Below, in pieces: positions 42,621 through 52,789 of a stretch of 64,000 bases of DNA (position 1 is the stretch's first letter; each line of letters opens with the position of its first letter). This stretch comes from a virus, in IMG/VR virus record IMGVR_UViG_3300030202_002822. One strand, written 5' to 3'. A model generated the notes under the pieces. That model saw only the letters and a program-made list of their open reading frames with translations. It was not told the DNA's origin and made no database searches. A program made the translations under genes and the position numbers.

Positions 42621-42667
42621 TATAACTTTAAATAAAAATAAGATATTTATATATAAATAAGAATATT

Positions 42668-44623
42668 ATGGACAAAGATATAATCAAGAAGCACTTAACA
42701 GTACTAAAAGAGGAGAGTGAACCAACTGGGTTAACTAAGACCAAACGGATACAAGATGAGTCTGAAAAAACAAATAAGGCTGCAAATAAAGAAGTTGCCA
42801 AAAACATGGAAGAACTAGTTAAACCTTTGGATTCTAAAAATGTTTCAGAGCCTGTTAAAAACGAATTAACTAGCGAAGAGGAAGATTACCATAATGAAAT
42901 GGAAATCAGGAACGGAAATGAAATGATTGAGTATGGAAACGAACCTAGTGAAATATTCAAAGAAAGAGCTGAGGAAGCTATAGCTGGTTCAAAAAGAATG
43001 GGTAACGCAAATGTTGATGACAACGGAACACCACTTGGTAACGTTGTTACAGCAGACCAATCTGGATTCACTGGACCAAAGTTCGGTGAGAATCTTGTAA
43101 AGACTATTAAAGCCTCTAAGAAAAAGAGAGATGACGCTGAAACTGTAAGAGGTCCAAAAACTACAGTTAGCGGTGCTGATATTAAGGATAGCTCAATGAG
43201 TAATAAAGGTTCTAAATCAATAGCACTATCAGAAAATAAAGAAAGTTCAAAGTTTAGTGATAAAATTAATTCTTCTGGTAAAGAATTAACCTTAGACACC
43301 ATCTACAATGAAGATAAACAAAAATCATGGGATGATGACGCTCAAGCTATGATTGACTATTACAAAAAAAATGGTAAAACAGCAACAGTAATACATAAGG
43401 GTAATGAACATGCTTTATATGTTGAAAAAGCAATTAAAGAAAATAAAATTAACAAAAAAAATAAAATGAAACGACTTGTATTCAAAAAAGAATTTAAGGG
43501 TATAGAAAACGCACTTAATGTTATTCCAGAATCTTATAAGGTTGATGGAAAAGAATTTCACATGACTGACGGTAATGAGAAATATGAAATTAAATGGGAA
43601 GGAAGTTTAACAGAAGGTAGAGCGGTTGTCCTTAAGGCTTCAGATAAGAACCTTATGACTGAAGATATTGCAAAGATGAAACACCTAATGGGTTATTCAT
43701 CTAAAGAAACTCTTGGCACTGTTAAAGGTTCTGCAAGACTTGATGAAAATGCAAGATTTAATGATATCTGGGGAAAGACAAAAAACCTTATGACTGAAAT
43801 GACTGGTGGTTATGGATTTAGTGGTGAAGGAAACCTTGAAGGTAATTATCAATTAACTGACGCTAAGGATGAACCTATCAATATTGGTGATATAGTTTGG
43901 AGATTTAGATTAGGTAGCGAACCTGATGATTTTGCTTATTATAAAGGAGACACTAAAGAAGAAGCTATTTCCAAAATCCCAACCTCAGTGAAAAATGACC
44001 CTTATGTTAGAAGAAAAATGCAAGGAGGTTTTGGTAAATCTTTTGAGATTAAGTCTGAGCGTGATTTAGAAGATTTAAAATACGACATGGAAAGAGGGTT
44101 CCTTGATGATGTTTATGATAGTGTTTATGAAGAAAATAAAGAAGGTGTTGACCTTGGATGTACAGATGAATCAATAGTATATAGTACTGGTGATAAAAAG
44201 GGTAGTGAAGAAGCTATGAGCAGAAGAGCAGTTAAACCTAAATATCATGGAATCGTAATAAATGACCAAGGTGAACCAGGTGGTCACGTTGAAGTAATGT
44301 ATGCACCATATACTCATAATGATGTAAAGTATATTGATTACGATGAATTTATAGAAAAATATCCTGGAGCACTTGAGTACTACCAAGCTAATGGAAATAA
44401 AACACCTGACGGTAGAGACATAATGGACGCTTTTGATAAGGACTCTCTTGGGTTGTCAGGGGTTCATGACATGAGTGAAGAAAAATTAAATGAGTATGGC
44501 GACAATGCATTTGTAGGATATAGATATATAGAAGGTGAGAGAAGAAAGGTATATAAAGATGACGAAGGTTATGAATTCTACTATGATGATTATGGGCGTC
44601 CAGTTACAATTTCTGGTTATTAA
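42668..44623 (+). CDS. Acidic putative head/internal protein
   Basis: 651 aa; TATTTATA at 42644; contains a ~110 aa domain duplicated in the next gene. Confidence 0.6.
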   Translation: MDKDIIKKHLTVLKEESEPTGLTKTKRIQDESEKTNKAANKEVAKNMEELVKPLDSKNVSEPVKNELTSEEEDYHNEMEIRNGNEMIEYGNEPSEIFKERAEEAIAGSKRMGNANVDDNGTPLGNVVTADQSGFTGPKFGENLVKTIKASKKKRDDAETVRGPKTTVSGADIKDSSMSNKGSKSIALSENKESSKFSDKINSSGKELTLDTIYNEDKQKSWDDDAQAMIDYYKKNGKTATVIHKGNEHALYVEKAIKENKINKKNKMKRLVFKKEFKGIENALNVIPESYKVDGKEFHMTDGNEKYEIKWEGSLTEGRAVVLKASDKNLMTEDIAKMKHLMGYSSKETLGTVKGSARLDENARFNDIWGKTKNLMTEMTGGYGFSGEGNLEGNYQLTDAKDEPINIGDIVWRFRLGSEPDDFAYYKGDTKEEAISKIPTSVKNDPYVRRKMQGGFGKSFEIKSERDLEDLKYDMERGFLDDVYDSVYEENKEGVDLGCTDESIVYSTGDKKGSEEAMSRRAVKPKYHGIVINDQGEPGGHVEVMYAPYTHNDVKYIDYDEFIEKYPGALEYYQANGNKTPDGRDIMDAFDKDSLGLSGVHDMSEEKLNEYGDNAFVGYRYIEGERRKVYKDDEGYEFYYDDYGRPVTISGY

Positions 44624-44643
44624 TAAAAAACAAATAAAAGAAA

Positions 44644-46635
44644 ATGAAAAGACTTAAATTCAAAAAACCATTCAATGGAATGGATAACGCAAAGAAACTT
44701 ATTCCAGAATCTTATAAGGTTGATGGTAATGAGTTTGAAATTACTGATGGTAACGAAACTTACAGAGTTAAGTGGTCGTCATTAATTAACGAAGGTATTG
44801 TATTAACATCTTCTAATAAATCTAAAATCAACGAGGACATGCAGAAGATGAAACACCTTATGGGGTTTAAGTCTCAAGACACTCTTGGTACTGTTAAGGG
44901 AGCCGCAAGACTTGATGAAAATAAGAAGTTTGGTGACATCTTAGGTAAGACAAAGAATTTACTAAATGAATCTGAAGAAACCATGGGTGGTCCAATACCA
45001 TCTGACCCATACCAAGCTGATAAAAATCACAACGACAAATTAATAAGTCAAGTAAAAAGCAAGTTCGGATTAGACGATTTAATTTTTACAATTACCGTAG
45101 ACAAACCTGAGCAAGAATATAGGGGTGGAAACGGTACCCTGTATGTTTACGCTGAAAAAGGTGGGGATTCGATTGAATTTCAATTCGACGTAGAAGCCGA
45201 TTTAGATTACGAAGGAGAACCACAAGATTTATATATAGAAAAAGAAAAAAGTAAGTATCCCAACGACTATCCAGAATATGTTAAGTTTATAACACAATTT
45301 ATCACTCCAGAAGCATATAAAGAGTTAGAGGAAAATATTGACATTGAATTTGATGGGCTCAATGAAGGTGAAAAGAAGTTAACACCTGCCCAAAAAAAAC
45401 ACATTGATTTAAACAATGATGGTGATATAGATAAAAAAGACTTTGAAATCATGCACCAACTTAACGATTTGGATAAGGAAGCAGAAAAAAAAAAGGAAAA
45501 TAACGAAACTCACATAAAAGAAGAAGAAGAAGAATCAGGGGCTCTGTCACAATCTGCTATTGGTAAAGAGTTAAAGAATATGGGTTCCACAATATCACAA
45601 GCTGATTTTGAGAATGCAAAAGAAAGGGGTGTCGTTACTAGACTTTTAGATATAGTAAAAAAACTAGCTAAAGAATCAAACGGATACTCACCAGGTGTTA
45701 AAATGAAACTAGATTATTTAGAAAAAGAAATTAATGATGCTATTGCATCTGGTGGTGCAGCTGAAGGAGATGAATCTTCTGAAGAACGGCGGGGTTTTAA
45801 TAATGAAGAAGCTACATTCACACCTAAGTATGATAAACATCCTAAATTAAAAGGTAAACAACATACACTACCTGACGAAATACAAGCTGACATAGTAGGT
45901 GTTGATGAAGCTAATAAAATCAGCCCCAAAAATATTCGAAGTGGTGGAATGGGTGGTAATTTAGAAAGCAACCCCTATAATAATAAAGAGGTTAAAGGTA
46001 GGGCACAGGGTAAAGCCTTAAGGCAAGCAGATAAAGAAGAAATAGAAAAACAACTAGCTGACATGGAACCAAAGGATAGATTTGAAGAAGTGTTCGAAGG
46101 TATATATGAAAACGTGAGTGAAGATGTGGTCGAAAAGTTCTTAAAAGATTTTTCTAATCCTGAAACAGTAAAACAAGTGGAAGAGATAACTAAAGGTTAC
46201 CTTATACCTTACCTAGAAGACGCCGCAGAAGCCCACGAATATTCTGACGGACCAGGTGAAGGTGGTGGTATTGATTGGAAGTTGTCATACGAACTAGATA
46301 TGGATGAGTTTGATGTTGAAATTAATAATAGTTCTTATTCATTCTTACCAGAACTAAAACATGGTAAATCGAGCTACGGTATTAATTACTGGGTTGATAG
46401 TGTAACAGTAAATGAAATATATTTATATGATGGTGATAGTGAAATAGAATTAAACGCATCAGTTGATGCTAGGGTATCTAAAGTATTAGATAACATAGCT
46501 TTAATAATCAAAAAAGTGTACGAACATTATACTCAAGATGATGTTTTAAGTAAAATTTATTCTGACCAAGGTGGTTTTGATAATTATAGAGACGATTATG
46601 AACGCTATGGTGTATCTAGGTCTGATTTCACATAA
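44644..46635 (+). CDS. Acidic putative head/internal protein, paralog of the upstream gene
   Basis: N-terminal ~110 aa is highly similar to residues 267-377 of the upstream protein; EF-hand-like DLNNDGDIDKKDFE. Confidence 0.6.
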   Translation: MKRLKFKKPFNGMDNAKKLIPESYKVDGNEFEITDGNETYRVKWSSLINEGIVLTSSNKSKINEDMQKMKHLMGFKSQDTLGTVKGAARLDENKKFGDILGKTKNLLNESEETMGGPIPSDPYQADKNHNDKLISQVKSKFGLDDLIFTITVDKPEQEYRGGNGTLYVYAEKGGDSIEFQFDVEADLDYEGEPQDLYIEKEKSKYPNDYPEYVKFITQFITPEAYKELEENIDIEFDGLNEGEKKLTPAQKKHIDLNNDGDIDKKDFEIMHQLNDLDKEAEKKKENNETHIKEEEEESGALSQSAIGKELKNMGSTISQADFENAKERGVVTRLLDIVKKLAKESNGYSPGVKMKLDYLEKEINDAIASGGAAEGDESSEERRGFNNEEATFTPKYDKHPKLKGKQHTLPDEIQADIVGVDEANKISPKNIRSGGMGGNLESNPYNNKEVKGRAQGKALRQADKEEIEKQLADMEPKDRFEEVFEGIYENVSEDVVEKFLKDFSNPETVKQVEEITKGYLIPYLEDAAEAHEYSDGPGEGGGIDWKLSYELDMDEFDVEINNSSYSFLPELKHGKSSYGINYWVDSVTVNEIYLYDGDSEIELNASVDARVSKVLDNIALIIKKVYEHYTQDDVLSKIYSDQGGFDNYRDDYERYGVSRSDFT

Positions 46636-46662
46636 AATTAGGATATTTTAATATTAAAAAAT

Positions 46663-46689
46663 CCCCTCCCCTAATAAGGAGGGTTTTTT
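46663..46689 (+). terminator. Intrinsic terminator
   Basis: CCCTCC/GGAGGG hairpin plus T-run. Confidence 0.75.
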
Positions 46690-46715
46690 ATTTTTTACAG
46701 ATATTTATTAATAAG

Positions 46716-47390
46716 ATGTTTTATAAAATAATACAATTATTAATTAATCTTTTCACACCAAAAAAAACTGAAACGGTTAATAATGACTTAGAACCACAAA
46801 TTGTGGCACCTAAAGAAGAAGAAGTAATAATAGATAATAAAAAAGATAAAGACATGGAAAAAGTTTCAAAGTACGTTTCATTAGCAGAAGTAACTCACAG
46901 TAATACCGCAATAAGTAAAGGATTAGATAATACACCAACATTAAATCAGTTAATGCTTATACAATCACTGTGTATTAATGTTTTTGACAAATTAAGAGAA
47001 CACACAGGTAAACCAATAAAGATAAACTCGGTATTTAGGGGACCAGAATTAAACGAAGCTATTGGTGGGTCAAAAAATTCACAACATTGTGTAGGGTTAG
47101 ACCCTAGTAAACGTAATTATGGCGCAGCAATAGATATTGATGATTATTATTGGAGAAAGGGTATTAATAAGTTTAATAACACAGAGATGGGTGATTGGAT
47201 TAGAGAGAATTTAGACTATGACCAATTAATATACGAAAGACCTGTAAATGGTTATTCAGGATGGATTCACGTTTCTTATAGACCAGATGGTAAAAATAGA
47301 AAACAAAACTTAATATATCTAGGTGGTGGTAAGTATATACCATATGAAGGTAATGAAAGTATAATAAAAAATCCAGATTTAGACAAGTAA
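46716..47390 (+). CDS. Peptidase M15A-family endolysin (Zn D-Ala-D-Ala carboxypeptidase fold)
   Basis: INSVFRGPELNEAIGGSKNSQH...AAIDID...WIHVSY motifs. Confidence 0.88.
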   Translation: MFYKIIQLLINLFTPKKTETVNNDLEPQIVAPKEEEVIIDNKKDKDMEKVSKYVSLAEVTHSNTAISKGLDNTPTLNQLMLIQSLCINVFDKLREHTGKPIKINSVFRGPELNEAIGGSKNSQHCVGLDPSKRNYGAAIDIDDYYWRKGINKFNNTEMGDWIRENLDYDQLIYERPVNGYSGWIHVSYRPDGKNRKQNLIYLGGGKYIPYEGNESIIKNPDLDK

Positions 47391-47426
47391 TATTTATTAT
47401 TATATAATATCTATTATATTAGCAAT

Positions 47427-47921
47427 ATGATGGAAGATACCAATAAAAAGATAAGATTTTTGAATTATATTAGAACACCATTAAGTGAAAACAGCATAGT
47501 TGTATTATTAAGTGCTAACAGTATAAAATATGAGCGCTCACAATTATACGGTGATTTCATACAATCATTACTCGCTATTATATTTGACACATATATGGGT
47601 GATGAAATAACAAATGATATTGATAAAATAAATCACTTTAAATGGTGTTGGGATAAAAATTTAAGTAATTTTAAAGATGAGGGTATAAACTTTAGTGACA
47701 CTAAAGAATCTTATGAATACTTTTTAGAATTTATGTATGAAGTATATTATTCTATACCCAACAAAGAAACTAAACCACACATACCATCAACAATAAGTAT
47801 ATTATGGTTTAAATTATTTTCTTACGATACAATTAAGACTCGTTCTGATATTGATAATTTTATAGAAGTTTATAAAATTTTAGATAAATCTTTAAAAAAA
47901 GGGCAGAAAAACATCATTTAG
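47427..47921 (+). CDS. Conserved hypothetical protein
   Basis: 164 aa ORF. Confidence 0.7.
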   Translation: MMEDTNKKIRFLNYIRTPLSENSIVVLLSANSIKYERSQLYGDFIQSLLAIIFDTYMGDEITNDIDKINHFKWCWDKNLSNFKDEGINFSDTKESYEYFLEFMYEVYYSIPNKETKPHIPSTISILWFKLFSYDTIKTRSDIDNFIEVYKILDKSLKKGQKNII

Positions 47922-47959
47922 ACTTTATTTTATAATAATATACCCTTATACTTATATCT

Positions 47960-48190
47960 ATGAGAATAATGGAGATAATAACTACTGAATTAGCGTTAGA
48001 TAAATTAAAATCTGAAGAAAACTTACAGAACATTATTAATAGTAACGAATACACATCTGAAATTAAAGTTACTAAGATAAAAGATGAGTTAGAAAAAATT
48101 GTAGTAGCAAACAATATGATTGATACGTGGATTAAATATATTGGCACGGATAAATCAAATAATAATAATAATAATAATAACGAACAATAA
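47960..48190 (+). CDS. Small coiled-coil hypothetical protein
   Basis: 76 aa with a poly-Asn tail. Confidence 0.65.
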   Translation: MRIMEIITTELALDKLKSEENLQNIINSNEYTSEIKVTKIKDELEKIVVANNMIDTWIKYIGTDKSNNNNNNNNEQ

Positions 48191-48201
48191 AAAAAGTAAA
48201 A

Positions 48202-48375
48202 ATGGAAAAATTTGAAAACATGAAAGCTATCTTAGAAGGTCTTACTGAAGACGTTTATAAGTTCGATGAAAAAGGTAATAAGGCTGCAGGTACTAGAGTT
48301 AGACAAGGACTACAAGAAATAAAAAATGTAGCGCAAGAACTAAGGAAAGAAATTTCTGCAAAGAAAAACGCCTAA
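48202..48375 (+). CDS. Histone H1-like protein, Hc1 family (57 aa, absent from the ORF track)
   Basis: My translation MEKFENMKAILEGLTEDVYKFDEKGNKAAGTRVRQGLQEIKNVAQELRKEISAKKNA carries the KGNKAAGTRVR core of Hc1. Confidence 0.85.
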   Translation: MEKFENMKAILEGLTEDVYKFDEKGNKAAGTRVRQGLQEIKNVAQELRKEISAKKNA

Positions 48376-48382
48376 TAAGATT

Positions 48383-48595
48383 ATGTGGATGGATATACTC
48401 AACAAACTAATGTTAATAGTTTTAATCATGTCTTCATTGAACGTGACTAGACACTTGTATTATTTTGGGCAAGCATGGGTTAAGTCAGATTCTGACAACC
48501 CTCAAAAGTACAAAATAGATAATAGTTCATTATGGGTATTGAGTATGTCCATTTCATATATACTAACATCAATAATTAGTGGTGTTTATATGTAA
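48383..48595 (+). CDS. Small two-TM membrane protein
   Basis: Two hydrophobic segments. Confidence 0.65.
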   Translation: MWMDILNKLMLIVLIMSSLNVTRHLYYFGQAWVKSDSDNPQKYKIDNSSLWVLSMSISYILTSIISGVYM

Positions 48596-48607
48596 TAATA
48601 AAGCTTT

Positions 48608-49234
48608 ATGAGTGAAATACAAAATAAATTAGACTCACTACAACCCTACATTGTGGGTATTAGATATATTCAAGGGTTACAAGTTGTTGATGCTGTTTTT
48701 AAAGACGGATGGACAGTTCCAGAGTCTGATATAATCAGAAAGGAATTAGTTGAAGAAGGTAAGAACTATTATATGTTTTATACTGAAAAAGAAAAAGTAA
48801 CTTTCGATGACCTTTTAGAGTACGTTGAAGGTATAATTACTATTAATATAGAAAAAGAAAATAAAGAAGAATTATTTAAAATTAAAGTAAAAGAGTTACA
48901 GGAGGTCTTTAAGAAAAGTTCATTAAAAAAGTTAAGTACACTTAAGTTTAACTTTAGTGAAGTAGAGAAATTACCAACACTAGATGAAAATATAGAAATA
49001 AAACTAAATGAGGACGCAAAAGATTCAGACTCAGAATCAATAGAAGAAACTACATCACACACTACAGTATCCGTTAATAACGAAGATACTAATACAACAA
49101 AGATTAAAGGTCAAAATATAGAATTACCACCAAAGATTGAAAAAATTGAACTAGAAGAATATTCAAGTAATGTAGTTTGTAAGTGTGATGATGATGAGGT
49201 ATGCCCTATATGCGAAGAAGCTAAATTTGGGTAA
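48608..49234 (+). CDS. Hypothetical protein with C-terminal CxC...CxxC
   Basis: 208 aa ending CKCDDDEVCPICEEAKFG. Confidence 0.7.
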   Translation: MSEIQNKLDSLQPYIVGIRYIQGLQVVDAVFKDGWTVPESDIIRKELVEEGKNYYMFYTEKEKVTFDDLLEYVEGIITINIEKENKEELFKIKVKELQEVFKKSSLKKLSTLKFNFSEVEKLPTLDENIEIKLNEDAKDSDSESIEETTSHTTVSVNNEDTNTTKIKGQNIELPPKIEKIELEEYSSNVVCKCDDDEVCPICEEAKFG

Positions 49235-49271
49235 TATTAATTTAATCAAAAAATTTAATAATAATAAAAAT

Positions 49272-49297
49272 AAAACCTCTTAATTGAGGTTTTATTT
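49272..49297. terminator. Bidirectional terminator between convergent genes
   Basis: AAAACCTC/GAGGTTTT hairpin flanked by A- and T-runs. Confidence 0.75.
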
Positions 49298-49334
49298 TAT
49301 AATCAATAATTGTGGTTAGAAAAAATTAAAAGAC

Positions 49335-49676
49335 TTAATTATTAGTCTTACTTTCAAAGTATTCTTGAATGGTATTAATACACCAAACAATACCTGAAGC
49401 AAAAACACCATCTAATAAAAGAATAATACCTATATTATCAAAACCTAGATTGTTTGTAATCGCTAAAGACCCATCACCAACGTAAATCGATAATGCACTA
49501 AGTCCAGCACCGACCCAGGTAGGTAGACACATAAAACATGTAAATAATTTATGTAGGCTATAGTCACCTTCACCAAAGTTAGATAAAAAGGTTCTCCACC
49601 ATTTAAAATTGCTACCCCAAATAAATATATTGCATATACCATATACAATAAATGAATAAATAAAAATGTTCATCAT
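49335..49676 (-). CDS. Membrane protein, DUF1360-like
   Basis: Hydrophobic segments with an LFTCFMCLPTWVG motif. Confidence 0.65.
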   Translation of the reverse strand: MMNIFIYSFIVYGICNIFIWGSNFKWWRTFLSNFGEGDYSLHKLFTCFMCLPTWVGAGLSALSIYVGDGSLAITNNLGFDNIGIILLLDGVFASGIVWCINTIQEYFESKTNN

Positions 49677-49794
49677 AATAAATATATTTTACTCAAATAT
49701 AATAAAAATATACTAATATGTAAATATTTATTAAAGGAATAGTGTTTACAAATCACTATATTTTACTTAAATTAGTGATATAAGTTTTAAAGTA

Positions 49795-50091
49795 ATGAAT
49801 GATTTAACAATACAAGACATACTAGATAAAGCCAATAAACAAACTAAAAAATTCATAAAAGAATTAGATGGTGAGGAAAATATAGAAAGGGTTGAAACTA
49901 TTGATACGATTCAAAATGACATAAAGGGGTTAAGGCAGAATGTAGAACTTAAAAAAAAATTATACATAACCGAATTAAAGTCTGGGTTAGGTGAAATAGT
50001 TAAAAAAAATCCAAACAAGGTTACAGTAATAAAAAAAACATTTGGTCAAAAAGTTAAATTATTCTTACACAAAATATTTACAAAATTTTAA
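49795..50091 (+). CDS. Coiled-coil hypothetical protein
   Basis: 98 aa ORF. Confidence 0.7.
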   Translation: MNDLTIQDILDKANKQTKKFIKELDGEENIERVETIDTIQNDIKGLRQNVELKKKLYITELKSGLGEIVKKNPNKVTVIKKTFGQKVKLFLHKIFTKF

Positions 50092-50092
50092 T

Positions 50093-50326
50093 ATGAGGTA
50101 CGAAGAATTAATAGATACAGTTTCAGAGATAATTAATAATGATAAAATTAACACTAATGGGTTAACTCTAGTGTATGAACTGGAAGAAAAAAGACATAAA
50201 GATATGGACGAGCATTTATTTTACAAATCCAACCCAGAAGGTACTGGATTTGAACACAGAGACCTTATTGAAGTTGAAATTGGTGGTGTTATTGTAAGAT
50301 TTATTAAAAAAAATTTGGAAAAGTAA
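50093..50326 (+). CDS. Hypothetical protein (start revised to MRYEE at 50093)
   Basis: ATG 1 nt after the previous stop. Confidence 0.65.
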   Translation: MRYEELIDTVSEIINNDKINTNGLTLVYELEEKRHKDMDEHLFYKSNPEGTGFEHRDLIEVEIGGVIVRFIKKNLEK

Positions 50327-50349
50327 TTAATTATATATATATTTACAAT

Positions 50350-50844
50350 ATGAAAAAAATAATATACATACTAGCACCTATTTTAACTGTACTATTTTTA
50401 TCCACATCTTGTGAAAAAGATGAATATGAACCATGGGTAAATGTTCCAGAACCACAAGACACCACAAAATGGCAAGACGACTATACTGATGGTGGCACCT
50501 TAGTAAACGGTACTGGTAGTGACAATGTAATCAAAGGGACTAAATGGGTTTTAACTAAGATGGTAACATCATTCGCTACTGAATACCCTAACGATACCCT
50601 TGAATTTATATCGAACACTCAATATAAAATTAACGGTACACTCATAAGAAATTATCAATTAAGTTCCATGGTTGGTTCAACAAATTACGATTTATCACTA
50701 TACTACATGACAACATTCGGTGGTAGTCATTATAGTGCAAACGTGGGTTTTTACTTTGTTGATGATGGGGTAATAGATAATGCAGAGTTTCATAATATTC
50801 AAAACACAACAAGTAAAATTAGGGCTTGGTTTAAAAAGATATAA
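50350..50844 (+). CDS. Lipoprotein, lipocalin-like
   Basis: Signal II MKKIIYILAPILTVLFLSTS-C followed by EKDE; GTKWVLTK strand. Confidence 0.75.
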   Translation: MKKIIYILAPILTVLFLSTSCEKDEYEPWVNVPEPQDTTKWQDDYTDGGTLVNGTGSDNVIKGTKWVLTKMVTSFATEYPNDTLEFISNTQYKINGTLIRNYQLSSMVGSTNYDLSLYYMTTFGGSHYSANVGFYFVDDGVIDNAEFHNIQNTTSKIRAWFKKI

Positions 50845-51016
50845 TAAATAGTAATAAAATATAAAATGAAAGGTACTATAAAAAAACAGACAAAAAAAAT
50901 TAGTGAAAAATTAGATAAAAATTATATAATTAAATTAATTGAAAATAGCAACTCACATAAAGACTTAGGTAAAAACATAGAGGACTATTATAATTACATT
51001 AAAGACAATTTATAGA

Positions 51017-51208
51017 ATGATAAATAAAGACAAAGGCGAATTATATGATAAATATATTGCAGAGGTAGATATAATACAGAGGCAAATATCAAAACTTAAG
51101 TCTGAATATGTTGTGAACATACCAGAAAATATCCAAAAAGACATTGAAAAAAAACAGTTAATGATTAATGAATATGAAAGATTATTAAAAAATCTTTTTA
51201 AATATTAA
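51017..51208 (+). CDS. Small coiled-coil hypothetical protein
   Basis: 63 aa ORF. Confidence 0.6.
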   Translation: MINKDKGELYDKYIAEVDIIQRQISKLKSEYVVNIPENIQKDIEKKQLMINEYERLLKNLFKY

Positions 51209-51216
51209 AAATCATA

Positions 51217-51247
51217 TTGACAATACTAAAAAAAAATTATATATTTG
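51217..51247 (+). promoter_or_regulatory. Early-type promoter
   Basis: TTGACA-N17-TATATTTG. Confidence 0.8.
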
Positions 51248-51276
51248 TATAACATTAATTATTAAAACTATAAATT

Positions 51277-52731
51277 ATGACTAAATTAGTAAACGCATTG
51301 AGAACTAACGATAAGTTAACTGAAAACGGAATGACAACAAACAGTTCTTCTTTGAATAGTTGTGTTGATTTATTTTTTAAAGTAGGCGCATTAAGAGGTC
51401 AAGATAAGTTGAAAAAAATTAATGTATTTAGTAGGGCATATGGTGAAAACCCACTTTTAGCTATGAAATTAATTTTCTGGGCTAGAGACGTTAGAGGTGG
51501 TGCTGGTGAAAGAGGTACATTTAGAGAGGTTATTACTTACATAGCTAATAACAGAACTGAGTCACTTAGAAAAAACTTACACCTTATACCAGAGTACGGC
51601 AGATGGGATGATATGTTAACTTTAGTCGGTACTAAATTAGAATCTGAAGCATTATCAGTAATCGCTACTGCCCTTAAAGAAGGTAACGGTTTAGCTGCTA
51701 AATGGATGCCTAGAGGTAACGGTAAAAATAGAGACAAGAAGAAACAAGCTTCTGCTCTTAGAAAATATTTAAAACTTACACCAAAGGCATATAGAAAAAT
51801 GTTGTCAGAGCTTTCTAACACTGTTGAACAATTGATGTGTGCTAAAGACTATGAAAACATAAACTATGGTCACGTACCATCTAAGGCTATGTCTGATTAT
51901 ATGAAAGCCTTTAGTAAAAATGACGGTATAAGATTTGGTGATTACTTAGATTCCTTGTCAAAAGGTGAAGCTAAGATAAACGCTGGCGCTATTTACCCTT
52001 ATGATGTAACAAAGAATCTTAATTACGGTTCTTCAGAAGGAGCTTCAGAACAATGGAAAGCGTTACCAAACTACATGGAAGGTAGTAACGAAAGAGTTTT
52101 ACCAGTTGTAGATACTTCAGGTTCTATGTGTACTTCTGCTGGAGGTAGCGCAAAGTTAACTTGTTTAGATGTAGCTTTATCGTTAGGTTTATACATTTCA
52201 GAAAGAAATGAGGGTGCATTTAAAGATGCGTTTATGACGTTTTCTAGTAGACCAACCCTACAGTATTTAAATGGTGACTTATCCGATAGATTCAACCAAC
52301 TTGCTCGCGCAGATTGGGGTATGAGTACCGATATAGAAGCTACATTTTTAGAAATTCTAAGTAAAGCTAAGGAAAATAATGTTCCTGAGTCTGAAATGCC
52401 AACTATGATTTTAATACTTTCAGACATGGAGTTCGATGAAGCTAGAGGTATCACTTGTTACAGTGATACAAGTACATGGAACCCAACAGCGCAAACCATG
52501 ATTGAGGAAAGTTATACTGAAGCTGGATATAAGGTTCCAAAGATTGTATATTGGAACATACAGTCTAGGAATGAAAATGTCCCAGTACAATTCGATAAGA
52601 ATGGTACGGCATTAGTTTCTGGGTTTAGCCCAGCATTATTAACTGGTTTATTGTCTGGTGAAGACATAACTCCAGAGTCAATGATGATGGAAATTATAGA
52701 TAGTGATAGATACGCACCAATTACGGTGTAA
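51277..52731 (+). CDS. DUF2828-family protein (TROVE/Ro60-like helical domain + vWA)
   Basis: FWARDVRGGAGER, IPEYGRWDD, AAKWMPR, VDTSGSM (MIDAS), ILSDMEFD, IVYWN, LVSGFSP motifs. Confidence 0.88.
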   Translation: MTKLVNALRTNDKLTENGMTTNSSSLNSCVDLFFKVGALRGQDKLKKINVFSRAYGENPLLAMKLIFWARDVRGGAGERGTFREVITYIANNRTESLRKNLHLIPEYGRWDDMLTLVGTKLESEALSVIATALKEGNGLAAKWMPRGNGKNRDKKKQASALRKYLKLTPKAYRKMLSELSNTVEQLMCAKDYENINYGHVPSKAMSDYMKAFSKNDGIRFGDYLDSLSKGEAKINAGAIYPYDVTKNLNYGSSEGASEQWKALPNYMEGSNERVLPVVDTSGSMCTSAGGSAKLTCLDVALSLGLYISERNEGAFKDAFMTFSSRPTLQYLNGDLSDRFNQLARADWGMSTDIEATFLEILSKAKENNVPESEMPTMILILSDMEFDEARGITCYSDTSTWNPTAQTMIEESYTEAGYKVPKIVYWNIQSRNENVPVQFDKNGTALVSGFSPALLTGLLSGEDITPESMMMEIIDSDRYAPITV

Positions 52732-52738
52732 AAACGTT

Positions 52739-52783
52739 AGGTACGTGGTGTATTAACACCCTTTATACACCACACCTTTTTTT
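52739..52783 (+). terminator. Hairpin/terminator after DUF2828
   Basis: GTGGTGTAT/ATACACCAC stem closed by AGGT/ACCT, followed by a T-run. Confidence 0.7.
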
Positions 52784-52789
52784 ATTTAA

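Noticed and set aside
45400-45450. EF-hand-like DLNNDGDIDKKDFE as a calcium-signalling system
   Set aside because: It is a single isolated loop in a low-complexity acidic protein, which is too little to infer a system.
48158-48181. (AAT)n microsatellite
   Set aside because: It encodes a short poly-Asn tail in an AT-rich genome, with no evidence of a phase-variable role.
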